Below, piece by piece: positions 36,416 through 44,697 of a stretch of 61,943 bases of DNA (position 1 is its first letter; every line of letters begins with the position of its first letter). The notes below the pieces were generated by a model. The model saw only the letters and a program-made list of their open reading frames with translations, was not told the DNA's origin and made no database searches. Source of the DNA: Acutalibacteraceae bacterium (GTDB lineage Bacteria; Bacillota; Clostridia; Oscillospirales; Acutalibacteraceae); assembly GCA_045634165.1 (NCBI GenBank), contig JAZQZU010000050.1, forward strand, positions 1 to 61,943, read 5' to 3'. Made by a program: the position numbers and the translations under genes.

Positions 36416-37306
36416 TTAAATCATATTATGTCTTTCAAGAACCGATTTTAAAAGCTGAGTATTTTTTTCGTTAAGAGGGGAAAGGGGCATTCTGCATCTG
36501 CCGACATCCATACCCATCATACACATTGCCGCCTTAACAGGAATGGGGTTGACGTCGCAGAATAAAGCATTACATAAGTCGATATACTCGAGCTGTAGTT
36601 CCGCACTCTTTTTAAAGTTTCCGTCAAGACCAAATTGAACAATATCGTGGGCGAGTTTTGGTGCAATGTTTGCAAGAACTGAAATAACACCCTTAGCACC
36701 AAGAGCCATAAACGCGGTAATCTGGTCGTCATTGCCCGAATAGAAGTTAAGGTTGTCACCGCAAAGAGCAATTGACCGAGCAAGGGTTGAAATATCACCA
36801 CTTGCCTCCTTGGCGCTGTTTATAAGGGGTAATTTTGAGAGTTCAAGGTATGTTTCAGGTTTGATGTTAACACCTGTTCTGCTTGGAACGTTGTATAAGA
36901 TAATGGGAGTTGAAACTCGCTTTTCGATGTATGAATAGGACTCAATAAGCCCTTCCTGTGACGTTTTGTTGTAATAGGGTGTAACCATAAGTAGACCGTC
37001 AACACCAAAACGCTCCGCATCATTTGAGAGCATAACCGCGTGTTTTGTGTCGTTACTGCCCGTTCCTGCAATAACAGGTACACGTTTACCCACGGTTTCA
37101 ACGGCTATACGTAAGGCTTCAATGTGCTCATCATAAACGAGAGTTGATTTTTCACCAGTTGTACCGCAAACTACAATTGCATCTGTACCGTTTTGTATTT
37201 GATACTCTAAAATTTCTTCGAAAAGAGAGAAATTGATTTTTAAATCGTCCCCGGTAAAGGGTGTAACAATAGCAACACCCGAACCTGTAAAGATAGGCTT
37301 TTTCAA
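36416..37306 (-). CDS. dapA: 4-hydroxy-tetrahydrodipicolinate synthase
   Basis: GVAIVTPF, GTTGE and YNVPSRTG motifs. The likely start is TTG 37306 after aggggtg. The longest ORF begins at GTG 37315. Confidence 0.9.
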   Translation of the reverse strand: MKKPIFTGSGVAIVTPFTGDDLKINFSLFEEILEYQIQNGTDAIVVCGTTGEKSTLVYDEHIEALRIAVETVGKRVPVIAGTGSNDTKHAVMLSNDAERFGVDGLLMVTPYYNKTSQEGLIESYSYIEKRVSTPIILYNVPSRTGVNIKPETYLELSKLPLINSAKEASGDISTLARSIALCGDNLNFYSGNDDQITAFMALGAKGVISVLANIAPKLAHDIVQFGLDGNFKKSAELQLEYIDLCNALFCDVNPIPVKAAMCMMGMDVGRCRMPLSPLNEKNTQLLKSVLERHNMI

Positions 37307-37333
37307 AACAATCACCCCTGATGAAAATAGGAA

Positions 37334-38416
37334 TTAATCCATATATCCTTCTGCGCAGAGGAGTTCTGCAAGAAGAACTGCGCCACCAGCAGCACCTCTT
37401 AATGTGTTGTGTGCAAGGCAAACGAATTTGTAGTCATACTGGGTATCCTCACGAAGTCTGCCGATGGAAACTGCCATACCGTTTTCAAGATTTCTGTGAA
37501 GCTTTGTCTGAGGACAGTTATCCTCTTCGAAGTAGTGAAGGAACTGCTTGGGTGCGGAGGGGAGTTCGAGCTCCTGTGCTCTGCCTTTGAAGTTCTTCCA
37601 CATATCGATCATATCTTCTTTTGTGGGTTTGTTTTCAAATCTTACGAAAACTGCGCCCATATGGCCGTCAGAAACGGGAACGCGGATACACTGAGCTGTG
37701 AAGTGGGGCTCAGTGGCAGAAACGATTTCGTTTCCTTCAATTTTACCCCAGAGTTTAAGGGGTTCTTTTTCGCTCTTTTCTTCTTCGCCACCGATGAAGG
37801 GGATTACGTTATCAACCATTTCGGGCCATCTTTCGAAGGTTTTACCTGCGCCTGAGATAGCCTGATAAGTGCAAACAACAACGTCCTTTACGGTGTATTT
37901 GTCATGAAGGGGGAAAAGTGCGGGAACGTAGGACTGAAGTGAACAGTTGGATTTAACTGCAATAAAGCCACGTTTTGTGCCGAGACGTTCTCTCTGCGCT
38001 TTGATGATTTCGATGTGTTCGGGGTTAAGCTCCGGAACAACCATGGGAACGTCGGGGGTCATACGATGAGCACTATTGTTTGAAACAACGGGACATTCAG
38101 CCTTAGCATATTTTTCTTCAAGAAGTTTTGTTTCGTCCTTGCTGAGGTTAACTGCGCAGAAAACGAAGTCAACACTTGCAGCAATTTTTTCAATATCCTT
38201 CTCTGCATCAAGAACGGGCATATCAAGGTATTTTGCGGGTGTGGGTTCATCCATACACCAACGATCACCGAGAGCTTCTTTGTAACTCATACCTGCAGAA
38301 CGTGAACTTGCGGCAAGAACAGTTACGTCGTACCAGGGGTGCTCTGCGAGTAAAAGAGCAAATCTCTGACCAACCATACCTGGTGCGCCGATGATACCAA
38401 CTTTATACTTTTTCAT
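37334..38416 (-). CDS. asd: Aspartate-semialdehyde dehydrogenase
   Basis: GAPGMVGQRF Rossmann loop, an active-site Cys context (SNCSLQS), and about 360 aa in length. It is the first gene of an asd-dapA-dapB block. Confidence 0.9.
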   Translation of the reverse strand: MKKYKVGIIGAPGMVGQRFALLLAEHPWYDVTVLAASSRSAGMSYKEALGDRWCMDEPTPAKYLDMPVLDAEKDIEKIAASVDFVFCAVNLSKDETKLLEEKYAKAECPVVSNNSAHRMTPDVPMVVPELNPEHIEIIKAQRERLGTKRGFIAVKSNCSLQSYVPALFPLHDKYTVKDVVVCTYQAISGAGKTFERWPEMVDNVIPFIGGEEEKSEKEPLKLWGKIEGNEIVSATEPHFTAQCIRVPVSDGHMGAVFVRFENKPTKEDMIDMWKNFKGRAQELELPSAPKQFLHYFEEDNCPQTKLHRNLENGMAVSIGRLREDTQYDYKFVCLAHNTLRGAAGGAVLLAELLCAEGYMD

Positions 38417-38572
38417 AAGTGTACCTCCGTAATAAAAAACACTTGTATTTGGAATATAAATAGATTATAATATATCCACTTTTAACATTAGAATTTTATC
38501 ATTATATATTAACTAAGTCAATTGTAATAATATATAATTTTTACTACACATTTAGGAAACAAAGGGAGAATT

Positions 38573-39604
38573 ATGAACAAATCTGACTTTTTTTACCATT
38601 TGCCCGAGGAATTAATTGCTCAACATCCCCTAGAACCAAGGGACCATTCACGTATGATGGTTCTTTCAAAAAGCAATGATGAGATTTCTCACAAACACTT
38701 TTTTGATATCCTTGACTACTTCAACGAGGGCGATTGCCTTATTCTCAATAACACAAGGGTTCTACCTGCGAGAATTTACGGCACAAAGAAAAATACCGGC
38801 GCAAATGTTGAGTTTTTGCTTCTTAATCAGATAGAAACCGATTTATGGGAGACTCTTGCAGGACCCGGCAAACGCGCCAAGGAAGGTGCGGAGTTTACCT
38901 TCGGCGACGGTATACTTGAAGCAAATGTTCAGGAAGTTCTCGATAACGGCAACAGAATTGTTCGTTTCTCTTATGATAAAAGTGATAACATTTTCAATAT
39001 TCTTGATAAAATTGGTCAGATGCCCTTGCCTCATTATATTACGGAGGAATTAGAGGATAAAGAGCGTTATCAGACAGTTTATTCAAAGGAGTTGGGCTCT
39101 GCTGCCGCACCTACCGCAGGACTTCATTTTACTGATGAAATTCTTGAAAAATTGAAATTGAAGGGTATTAGCATCGGTTACGTTACACTCCATGTTGGTC
39201 TTGGTACTTTCAGACCTGTAAAGGCGGATAAAATAGAGGACCATCATATGCACTCGGAGCACTACCATTTACCTAAAGAAACCGCAGATTTGATTAATGA
39301 AACCAAGAAAAGGGGTGGTAGGGTAATTGCCGTTGGTACTACGAGCTGCAGAACCCTTGAAAGTGCCGCCACCTTCTGTGGTGAAATCCGAGAGGACGAT
39401 AGAAACACGGATATTTTCATTTATCCCGGTTACAAATTTAAGTGCATTGATGGTTTACTTACTAACTTCCATTTACCCGAAAGCACTCTGATTATGCTTG
39501 TAAGTGCATTTTACGGCTACGATAAAACAATGACCGCATACAAAGAAGCAGTTGATGAAAAGTACAGATTTTTCTCCTTTGGCGACTGTATGATTATTTT
39601 ATAA
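38573..39604 (+). CDS. queA: S-adenosylmethionine:tRNA ribosyltransferase-isomerase
   Basis: N-terminal [15 protein letters not shown], plus TAGLHFT and [11 protein letters not shown] motifs. Confidence 0.92.
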   Translation: MNKSDFFYHLPEELIAQHPLEPRDHSRMMVLSKSNDEISHKHFFDILDYFNEGDCLILNNTRVLPARIYGTKKNTGANVEFLLLNQIETDLWETLAGPGKRAKEGAEFTFGDGILEANVQEVLDNGNRIVRFSYDKSDNIFNILDKIGQMPLPHYITEELEDKERYQTVYSKELGSAAAPTAGLHFTDEILEKLKLKGISIGYVTLHVGLGTFRPVKADKIEDHHMHSEHYHLPKETADLINETKKRGGRVIAVGTTSCRTLESAATFCGEIREDDRNTDIFIYPGYKFKCIDGLLTNFHLPESTLIMLVSAFYGYDKTMTAYKEAVDEKYRFFSFGDCMIIL

Positions 39605-39645
39605 AATGCAAAGTTTTAGTTTAAGTTAATTATGAGGTTATAAAT

Positions 39646-40776
39646 ATGTTCAAGTTATTAAAAACCGAGGGCAATGCCCGTAGGGGTGAATTTACAACAG
39701 TTCACGGTACTGTGCAGACACCTGCATTTCAGAACGTCGCTACTTGCGGTGCTATCAAAGGTGGTCTTTCTGCCTACGATTTGAAGGATATCGACTGTCA
39801 GGTTCAGCTGTGTAATACATATCATTTACACGTAAGACCCGGTGACAAGCTCATAAGAGAGCTTGGGGGTCTTCATAAGTTTACAGGCTGGAACGGTCCT
39901 ATTCTTACTGATAGTGGCGGATTTCAGGTGTTCTCTTTAGCAGGTCTTCGCAAAATCAAAGAGGAAGGTGTTACCTTTAACTCACATATTGACGGCAAGA
40001 AAATTTTTATGGGTCCAGAGGAAAGTATGCAGATACAGTCAAATCTCGGTTCTACCATTGCCATGGCATTTGATGAATGCGTTAAAAACCCCGCAGAATA
40101 TAAATATGCCAAGGAGTCCATTGCAAGAACCACACGTTGGCTCATTCGTTGTAAAAACGAGATGGAAAGACTCAATAACCTTCCTGATACACTTAACAAA
40201 AATCAGTTGCTTTTCGGTATAAATCAGGGTGCAACCTTCGACGATTTACGTGTTGAGCATATGAAAATTATTGCAGAACTTGACCTTGACGGTTATGCAA
40301 TAGGCGGTCTTGCAGTAGGTGAGCCTAAAGAGGATATGTATCGTATTATATCAGCCGTCGAGCCCTTTGCACCTAAGGATAAAATTCGTTACCTTATGGG
40401 TGTTGGTACACCCGGTAATATTATTGAGGGCGTAAGTCGAGGTGTGGATTTATTTGACTGTGTCATGCCAAGCCGTAACGCTCGTCATGGTCATCTTTTC
40501 ACCTGGAATGGTATAATCAACCTTAACAATGCAAAATACGCAAACGATGATACACCTATTGATAATCAGTGTAATTGTCCCACTTGTCAGAAGTTCTCGA
40601 GGGCTTATATGCATCATCTTTTCAAAGCCAAAGAGATTCTTGCAATGCGTTTAGCCGTTACTCATAACCTTTATTTTTATAATAATCTTATGAAACGTAT
40701 CCGTGATGAACTTGACAATGGCACGTTTAATGACTTTAAGAACAAGTATGTTGATTTACTCGACACAAGAATATAA
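39646..40776 (+). CDS. tgt: tRNA-guanine transglycosylase (queuine tRNA-ribosyltransferase)
   Basis: TPAFQNV, DSGGFQV and GLAVGE motifs, plus the Zn site CNCPTC...H. Confidence 0.92.
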   Translation: MFKLLKTEGNARRGEFTTVHGTVQTPAFQNVATCGAIKGGLSAYDLKDIDCQVQLCNTYHLHVRPGDKLIRELGGLHKFTGWNGPILTDSGGFQVFSLAGLRKIKEEGVTFNSHIDGKKIFMGPEESMQIQSNLGSTIAMAFDECVKNPAEYKYAKESIARTTRWLIRCKNEMERLNNLPDTLNKNQLLFGINQGATFDDLRVEHMKIIAELDLDGYAIGGLAVGEPKEDMYRIISAVEPFAPKDKIRYLMGVGTPGNIIEGVSRGVDLFDCVMPSRNARHGHLFTWNGIINLNNAKYANDDTPIDNQCNCPTCQKFSRAYMHHLFKAKEILAMRLAVTHNLYFYNNLMKRIRDELDNGTFNDFKNKYVDLLDTRI

Positions 40777-40802
40777 ATAAACGATTAATTTTAAAAAAAG
40801 AC

Positions 40803-40831
40803 TTGTATATTTATTAGTTAACAGTTATAAT
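40803..40831 (+). promoter_or_regulatory. Promoter for yajC
   Basis: ttgtat, 17-nt spacer, TATAAT (40826-40831). Confidence 0.45.
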
Positions 40832-40864
40832 ATACGGGTATGAAATTTTTGGAGGATTTTTGTT

Positions 40865-41395
40865 ATGAATTTTATTTCATTAAGCTTTTTAGGTAATTTG
40901 CTTGGTATGGGCGGCGGCGCAGATGCAGCTGCTGATGCTTCAGGTAAACCCGGTGGTTCTTTTGGTGGTATCATTATGATTGTTGTCATGGCTGTTGCTA
41001 TGTACTTCCTTATGATTCGTCCTCAGAAGAAAAAACAAAAAGAAGAACAGGAAATGCGTGATTCTATTCAGATTGGTGACGAAGTTACCACAATCGGCGG
41101 TATTATGGGTCGTGTTGTTACTGTTAAAGAAGATAGCATTGTTATCGAAACAGGTGCTGACAGAGTTAAAATGCGTTTCCAGCGTTGGGCTATCCAGACT
41201 AACGATACTGCAAATGCTCGTATGGAAGCAGAAAGAAAAGCTGCTGCTGAAGCTAAAAAAGCAAAAGGCGAACAGGATGCAATTGACGCTGCAGTAAATG
41301 GCAAAAAGAAAAAAATCAGCAAGAAAGTTAAGAATATTGCTGAAGAAAAGGTTGACGAAACAGTTAAAGAAACTGTTGACGAAACAAACGAATAA
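40865..41395 (+). CDS. yajC: Preprotein translocase subunit YajC with extended Gly/Ala N-terminus and Lys/Glu-rich tail
   Basis: Core YFLMIRPQKKKQKE...IQIGDEVTTIGGIMGRVV. At 176 aa it is longer than the usual 90-110 aa. Confidence 0.85.
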   Translation: MNFISLSFLGNLLGMGGGADAAADASGKPGGSFGGIIMIVVMAVAMYFLMIRPQKKKQKEEQEMRDSIQIGDEVTTIGGIMGRVVTVKEDSIVIETGADRVKMRFQRWAIQTNDTANARMEAERKAAAEAKKAKGEQDAIDAAVNGKKKKISKKVKNIAEEKVDETVKETVDETNE

Positions 41396-41454
41396 TCGTT
41401 ATATTTAAAATTAACTCCGCATATCTTATACAAAAAGATGTGCGGAGGATTTTT

Positions 41455-41847
41455 ATGCCTAAAATTATAAAAACTAAAAAAATATCAAATAAAAATTACA
41501 ATATTCCAACTTTATATGCTTTTTCGGTTATTAAAGGTTTACTAATTTTTCTTAACGGAATTACTATGTGCGCCTTTATGGTGCTTAAGACTCCCCAAAG
41601 TAACTTTTTCTTTTATTTAGTCTACCTTTTTGTAGCTTTGGGCGCTTTTGTGTGCGCTTATAACGCATCTAAAAACATTACGGGCAGGGGATTTATAAAG
41701 GGGCTTATTTCCTCGGGCGCTTATATGCTTGTAATTTTAATTATAAGCCTTATTTTAATGAAATTCAATGTATCCGTCAATATTCTCTTGCTTGTTCCTT
41801 TGTGCCTTTTACCGGGCTTTTTAGGCGGTAATTTAGCTGTAAAGTAA
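41455..41847 (+). CDS. Small four-helix membrane protein (YrzE/TIGR04086-like by position after yajC)
   Basis: ATG at 41455 lies 6 nt after GGAGGA. Four hydrophobic helices. The family name is from memory of queA-tgt-yajC-yrzE synteny in Bacillus. Confidence 0.5.
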   Translation: MPKIIKTKKISNKNYNIPTLYAFSVIKGLLIFLNGITMCAFMVLKTPQSNFFFYLVYLFVALGAFVCAYNASKNITGRGFIKGLISSGAYMLVILIISLILMKFNVSVNILLLVPLCLLPGFLGGNLAVK

Positions 41848-41860
41848 GAGGGGAATATCT

Positions 41861-42502
41861 ATGTTTAAAAAAGGTGTAATTATCAAAACAAAGAGTGTAA
41901 GACCAAATATCAAGATAACTTTCGATTATAAACTGATAATATATTTCACACTCTTTTTATGCGGTGTGATAGTAGGTGTTCTCCTTATTAAAAATGCAGG
42001 GGATGACTTTAACCGTTTTTTTTCAGATTTACTTGTAAATCACGTTAATGCTAAGAAATGCAATAGTTTTTTTACTGATTTCTGCTTTGTTTTTCTGTGC
42101 CTTTTATTGTTATTTTTCATAAATTACCTGTGTTCACTGTCTGCGGTAGGATTTCCGTTTATATGGTTGATTCTTGTGGGTTTTGGTGTGTGTTGCGGTG
42201 CGGTAACGGGTGAATTTTTTATAAGTTTCGGTCTTAAAGGCTTGGGTTTCTGTCTGTTGGTTGATATTCCTTGTTATGCAATAACAACAGCAACATTGGT
42301 TTGTTGCTGTTGCGAAAGTACAAAGATATGTAACAATATTTTCTTTTATTTATTCGGAAATTACGGTTGTGACGGCGGTAGAAATCATTTACTTAAGGAC
42401 TATACTTTGAAGTATATTATAATGTGCTTACCGCTGCTATTGGGGGCACTTGCTTCAACCGTCTGTTTCAAAATGTTCTCAGGTTTCTTCACCTTTGTCT
42501 AA
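41861..42502 (+). CDS. spoIIM: Stage II sporulation protein M-like membrane protein
   Basis: About 213 aa with five TM helices. It sits next to a XerD-like recombinase gene, as spoIIM does in Bacillus. No diagnostic motif was recognised. Confidence 0.45.
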   Translation: MFKKGVIIKTKSVRPNIKITFDYKLIIYFTLFLCGVIVGVLLIKNAGDDFNRFFSDLLVNHVNAKKCNSFFTDFCFVFLCLLLLFFINYLCSLSAVGFPFIWLILVGFGVCCGAVTGEFFISFGLKGLGFCLLVDIPCYAITTATLVCCCCESTKICNNIFFYLFGNYGCDGGRNHLLKDYTLKYIIMCLPLLLGALASTVCFKMFSGFFTFV

Positions 42503-43507
42503 AGGATTATCAAGGGCAATTTCAGGTCTTTTAGGTGCTTTTAAAGCACTTAAGGGATTAGCTGCAGCCGCATTTTTTAGTTGCTCATCCATAATATGGG
42601 TGTAAATCTGTGTAGTACTGAGGCTTTCGTGACCTAAAATTTCCTTAATAGCAAGTACGTCTACATCACCGTGTTGATACATAAGAGTTGCAGCAGTATG
42701 CCTTAATTTATGGGTGGAAAGTTCTCTGCCCGAAAGTCCCGCTTTTTCAAGTGTGTTTTTAACCACGAATTGTACAGTTTTGGGACTTATTCGGGTTTTT
42801 TGACGGCTTATAAACAACGCATCCTTATCTTTTACACCATCAACAGGGCGGTAGGGTAGGTAGGCGTTAATAGCATCTATACACGCATCGTTCAGATAGA
42901 CGGTGCGTTCTTTGTTACCTTTACCTGTTACCACGAGGGTATTATTGCTACGGATATCCGAAAGATTTAACGAAACAAGCTCAGAAAGACGCATACCACA
43001 GTTTAAAAACAAAGTAATGATGCAGTAGTCACGTTCCTTAAACTTGCCGTCAACGGCATTTAAAAGGGCAATGCTTTCATCAAGAGTCAGGTATTTGGGC
43101 AACGTTTTTTTTATTTTGGGTGAGTCAAGCTCCTGTAAGGGGTTTTCATCAATGAGCTTTTTCTGTACGGTTAAAAATTTATAAAAATTCCTGAGAGTGG
43201 TGGCTTTTCTGGCACGTGTGCGTTCGTTGTTACCGCGGCTGTCTTTGCAGTAAACAAGGAACATATACGCATCACTCAATGAAACGGATGCGATTTCCTG
43301 TAAGGTAAAATCCTTAATTTCTATTTCATTGAAGGGAGTTTCCTTCGAAACCTTGCCACGGATAACCTTTAAAAAACGGAAAAAGGTCTGTAAATCCGTT
43401 GCATACTCCACAACAGTAAGATCGGACCTGTTCTTAATAACACTGTAATAGTTAAGAAAATCCACCACATAGGAAGGGAATATATAAATAAATTCATCTT
43501 TTTTCAT
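42479..43507 (-). CDS. Xer-type tyrosine site-specific recombinase
   Basis: Catalytic residues are in context: GMRLSEL (Arg), HKLRHTAAT (His-x-x-Arg), LGHESLSTTQIYTH (His...Tyr). ATG at 43507 lies 8 nt after aggaaagg. The ORF track begins at GTG 43516. Confidence 0.85.
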   Translation of the reverse strand: MKKDEFIYIFPSYVVDFLNYYSVIKNRSDLTVVEYATDLQTFFRFLKVIRGKVSKETPFNEIEIKDFTLQEIASVSLSDAYMFLVYCKDSRGNNERTRARKATTLRNFYKFLTVQKKLIDENPLQELDSPKIKKTLPKYLTLDESIALLNAVDGKFKERDYCIITLFLNCGMRLSELVSLNLSDIRSNNTLVVTGKGNKERTVYLNDACIDAINAYLPYRPVDGVKDKDALFISRQKTRISPKTVQFVVKNTLEKAGLSGRELSTHKLRHTAATLMYQHGDVDVLAIKEILGHESLSTTQIYTHIMDEQLKNAAAANPLSALKAPKRPEIALDNPLDKGEET

Positions 43508-43536
43508 ATTTGACACCTTTCCTTTCCTATAGCTTC

Positions 43537-43566
43537 ACTTATACAAAATAAAAATTTTGTATAAGT
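43537..43566. promoter_or_regulatory. Perfect 12-6-12 palindrome ACTTATACAAAA-TAAAAA-TTTTGTATAAGT, a candidate recombinase target (dif-like) or operator
   Basis: The arms at 43537-43548 and 43555-43566 are exact reverse complements. The site lies 30 nt upstream of the recombinase ATG. Confidence 0.4.
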
Positions 43567-43690
43567 CGGGGTAGTGGATTTGAAGTAAAAATGGGGTTTT
43601 TGAGCAAATAAGGGCTTTTCTTTATATTACTAAATAATAAGCCTTTGATTACCCACGGCCATTAATATGGATTTAAGATAATGGTTAAGT

Positions 43691-43738
43691 ATACTTAAAT
43701 TGATTATGTAAGTTATCAATACTTAAATATACTTAAAT
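43691..43738. repeat. Three copies of the 10-mer ATACTTAAAT, two of them in tandem
   Basis: Copies at 43691-43700, 43719-43728 and 43729-43738. Confidence 0.6.
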
Positions 43739-43845
43739 TATTTATCTTTATACTTTTTCATTACTATTACAATTGCAGTTGTTACTACAATCATAGTTAC
43801 TGCGTAACCGATTTTTGCAACTCTGTTGTTTTCAGGATTTTTCAT
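43738..43845 (-). CDS. Unannotated 35-aa hydrophobic peptide (MKNPENNRVAKIGYAVTMIVVTTAIVIVMKKYKDK)
   Basis: An ATG lies 7 nt after the aaggaag RBS. One TM helix is flanked by charged ends. A plausible TTGAAT-17-TAAAAA promoter lies upstream. The ORF is below the 60-aa cut-off of the ORF track. Confidence 0.4.
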   Translation of the reverse strand: MKNPENNRVAKIGYAVTMIVVTTAIVIVMKKYKDK

Positions 43846-43969
43846 AAATCATCTTCCTTTCCACATCGATTAGAAATTTTTAAAATGATACATTGTATTA
43901 TTCAAAAAAACTGAGAGGATGAAATTTTTCGCTTTTTATGGGTTTAGTTGGGTTTTACTGGTTTTTTGC

Positions 43970-44695
43970 TTAGATTATATTAATAATACCACCAAAATCA
44001 GTCAAAGTCCGGTTTTTATTATATATCAGTGAAATATTATATTTTTGGCAAAATGTTTTGATTTTATGGAAATCAGGATGTGCGCTTATATCACCACTTA
44101 CGTAAAGCTCATTATCCGATATCTTTGCGGTTGCACCACCGATAAATCCGTAATGTTCGTCCGAAAGACCTACAAACCCTTTTGTAATCTTTAAAACATC
44201 ATATTGATAAATATTTAACAAAGAGGGAAGTCCATCATCTTCTGTTATTACTGCATTATCTGAAATGGCACAAATTGAGCATTTTGTGTAGCCCTGATTT
44301 GTGTGGATAATTTCAATATTATTTTCAATACAGAAACTCCTCAACTCCTCTTTAATATACTTCGCATTACAGAAAAGCCTTCTGTTGTCAAAAAACGCAT
44401 TAAGACCTACATCATTGGGATATGGTGAGGTTATTTCACCAACAGAAATAACATTATAACCTGTTAATTTGCTATGTAACTCCCCTGCTACACTACTTTC
44501 AGCAAGTATTGTACCGTTACCACAGTTAAATGTAAGTATATCTGCATGGCCGGAAATCTCTTTATCAAGCTTTTCATTCTGGGGAACTGTAATGCAATTA
44601 ATACCTAAATCTGTAAGCTCTTTGATTTCATTATAATAGCACTCACCGATAATACAATGCTTGATTCTTTTTTGAGGTAAAAGAGGTGTATTCAT
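43970..44695 (-). CDS. Conserved hypothetical protein, possibly with a guanidino-group-modifying-enzyme-like fold
   Basis: About 241 aa and soluble, with no motif I can assign confidently (SGHADILTF, FIGGATAK). ATG at 44695 lies 2 nt after the radA stop codon. The longest ORF starts at 44713. Confidence 0.5.
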   Translation of the reverse strand: MNTPLLPQKRIKHCIIGECYYNEIKELTDLGINCITVPQNEKLDKEISGHADILTFNCGNGTILAESSVAGELHSKLTGYNVISVGEITSPYPNDVGLNAFFDNRRLFCNAKYIKEELRSFCIENNIEIIHTNQGYTKCSICAISDNAVITEDDGLPSLLNIYQYDVLKITKGFVGLSDEHYGFIGGATAKISDNELYVSGDISAHPDFHKIKTFCQKYNISLIYNKNRTLTDFGGIINII

Positions 44696-44697
44696 AA

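Noticed and set aside
38417-38572. Possible lysine (L-box) riboswitch upstream of asd-dapA-dapB.
   Set aside because: The 155-nt region is very AT-rich and shows promoter-like sequences only. It lacks the GC-rich conserved L-box helices and is shared with the divergent queA promoter.
42479-42502. 24-nt convergent overlap of the SpoIIM-like and recombinase genes as a sign of mis-assembly or a pseudogene.
   Set aside because: Both ORFs are full length with intact C-terminal motifs. Short convergent overlaps are common in compact genomes.
42479-43969. Tyrosine recombinase as the integrase of a prophage or integrative element.
   Set aside because: The flanking genes on both sides are core genes: queA-tgt-yajC-spoIIM-like on one side and radA-cwlD-like on the other. 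There are no phage, conjugation or cargo genes and no tRNA-adjacent att duplication. A chromosomal Xer-type role fits better.
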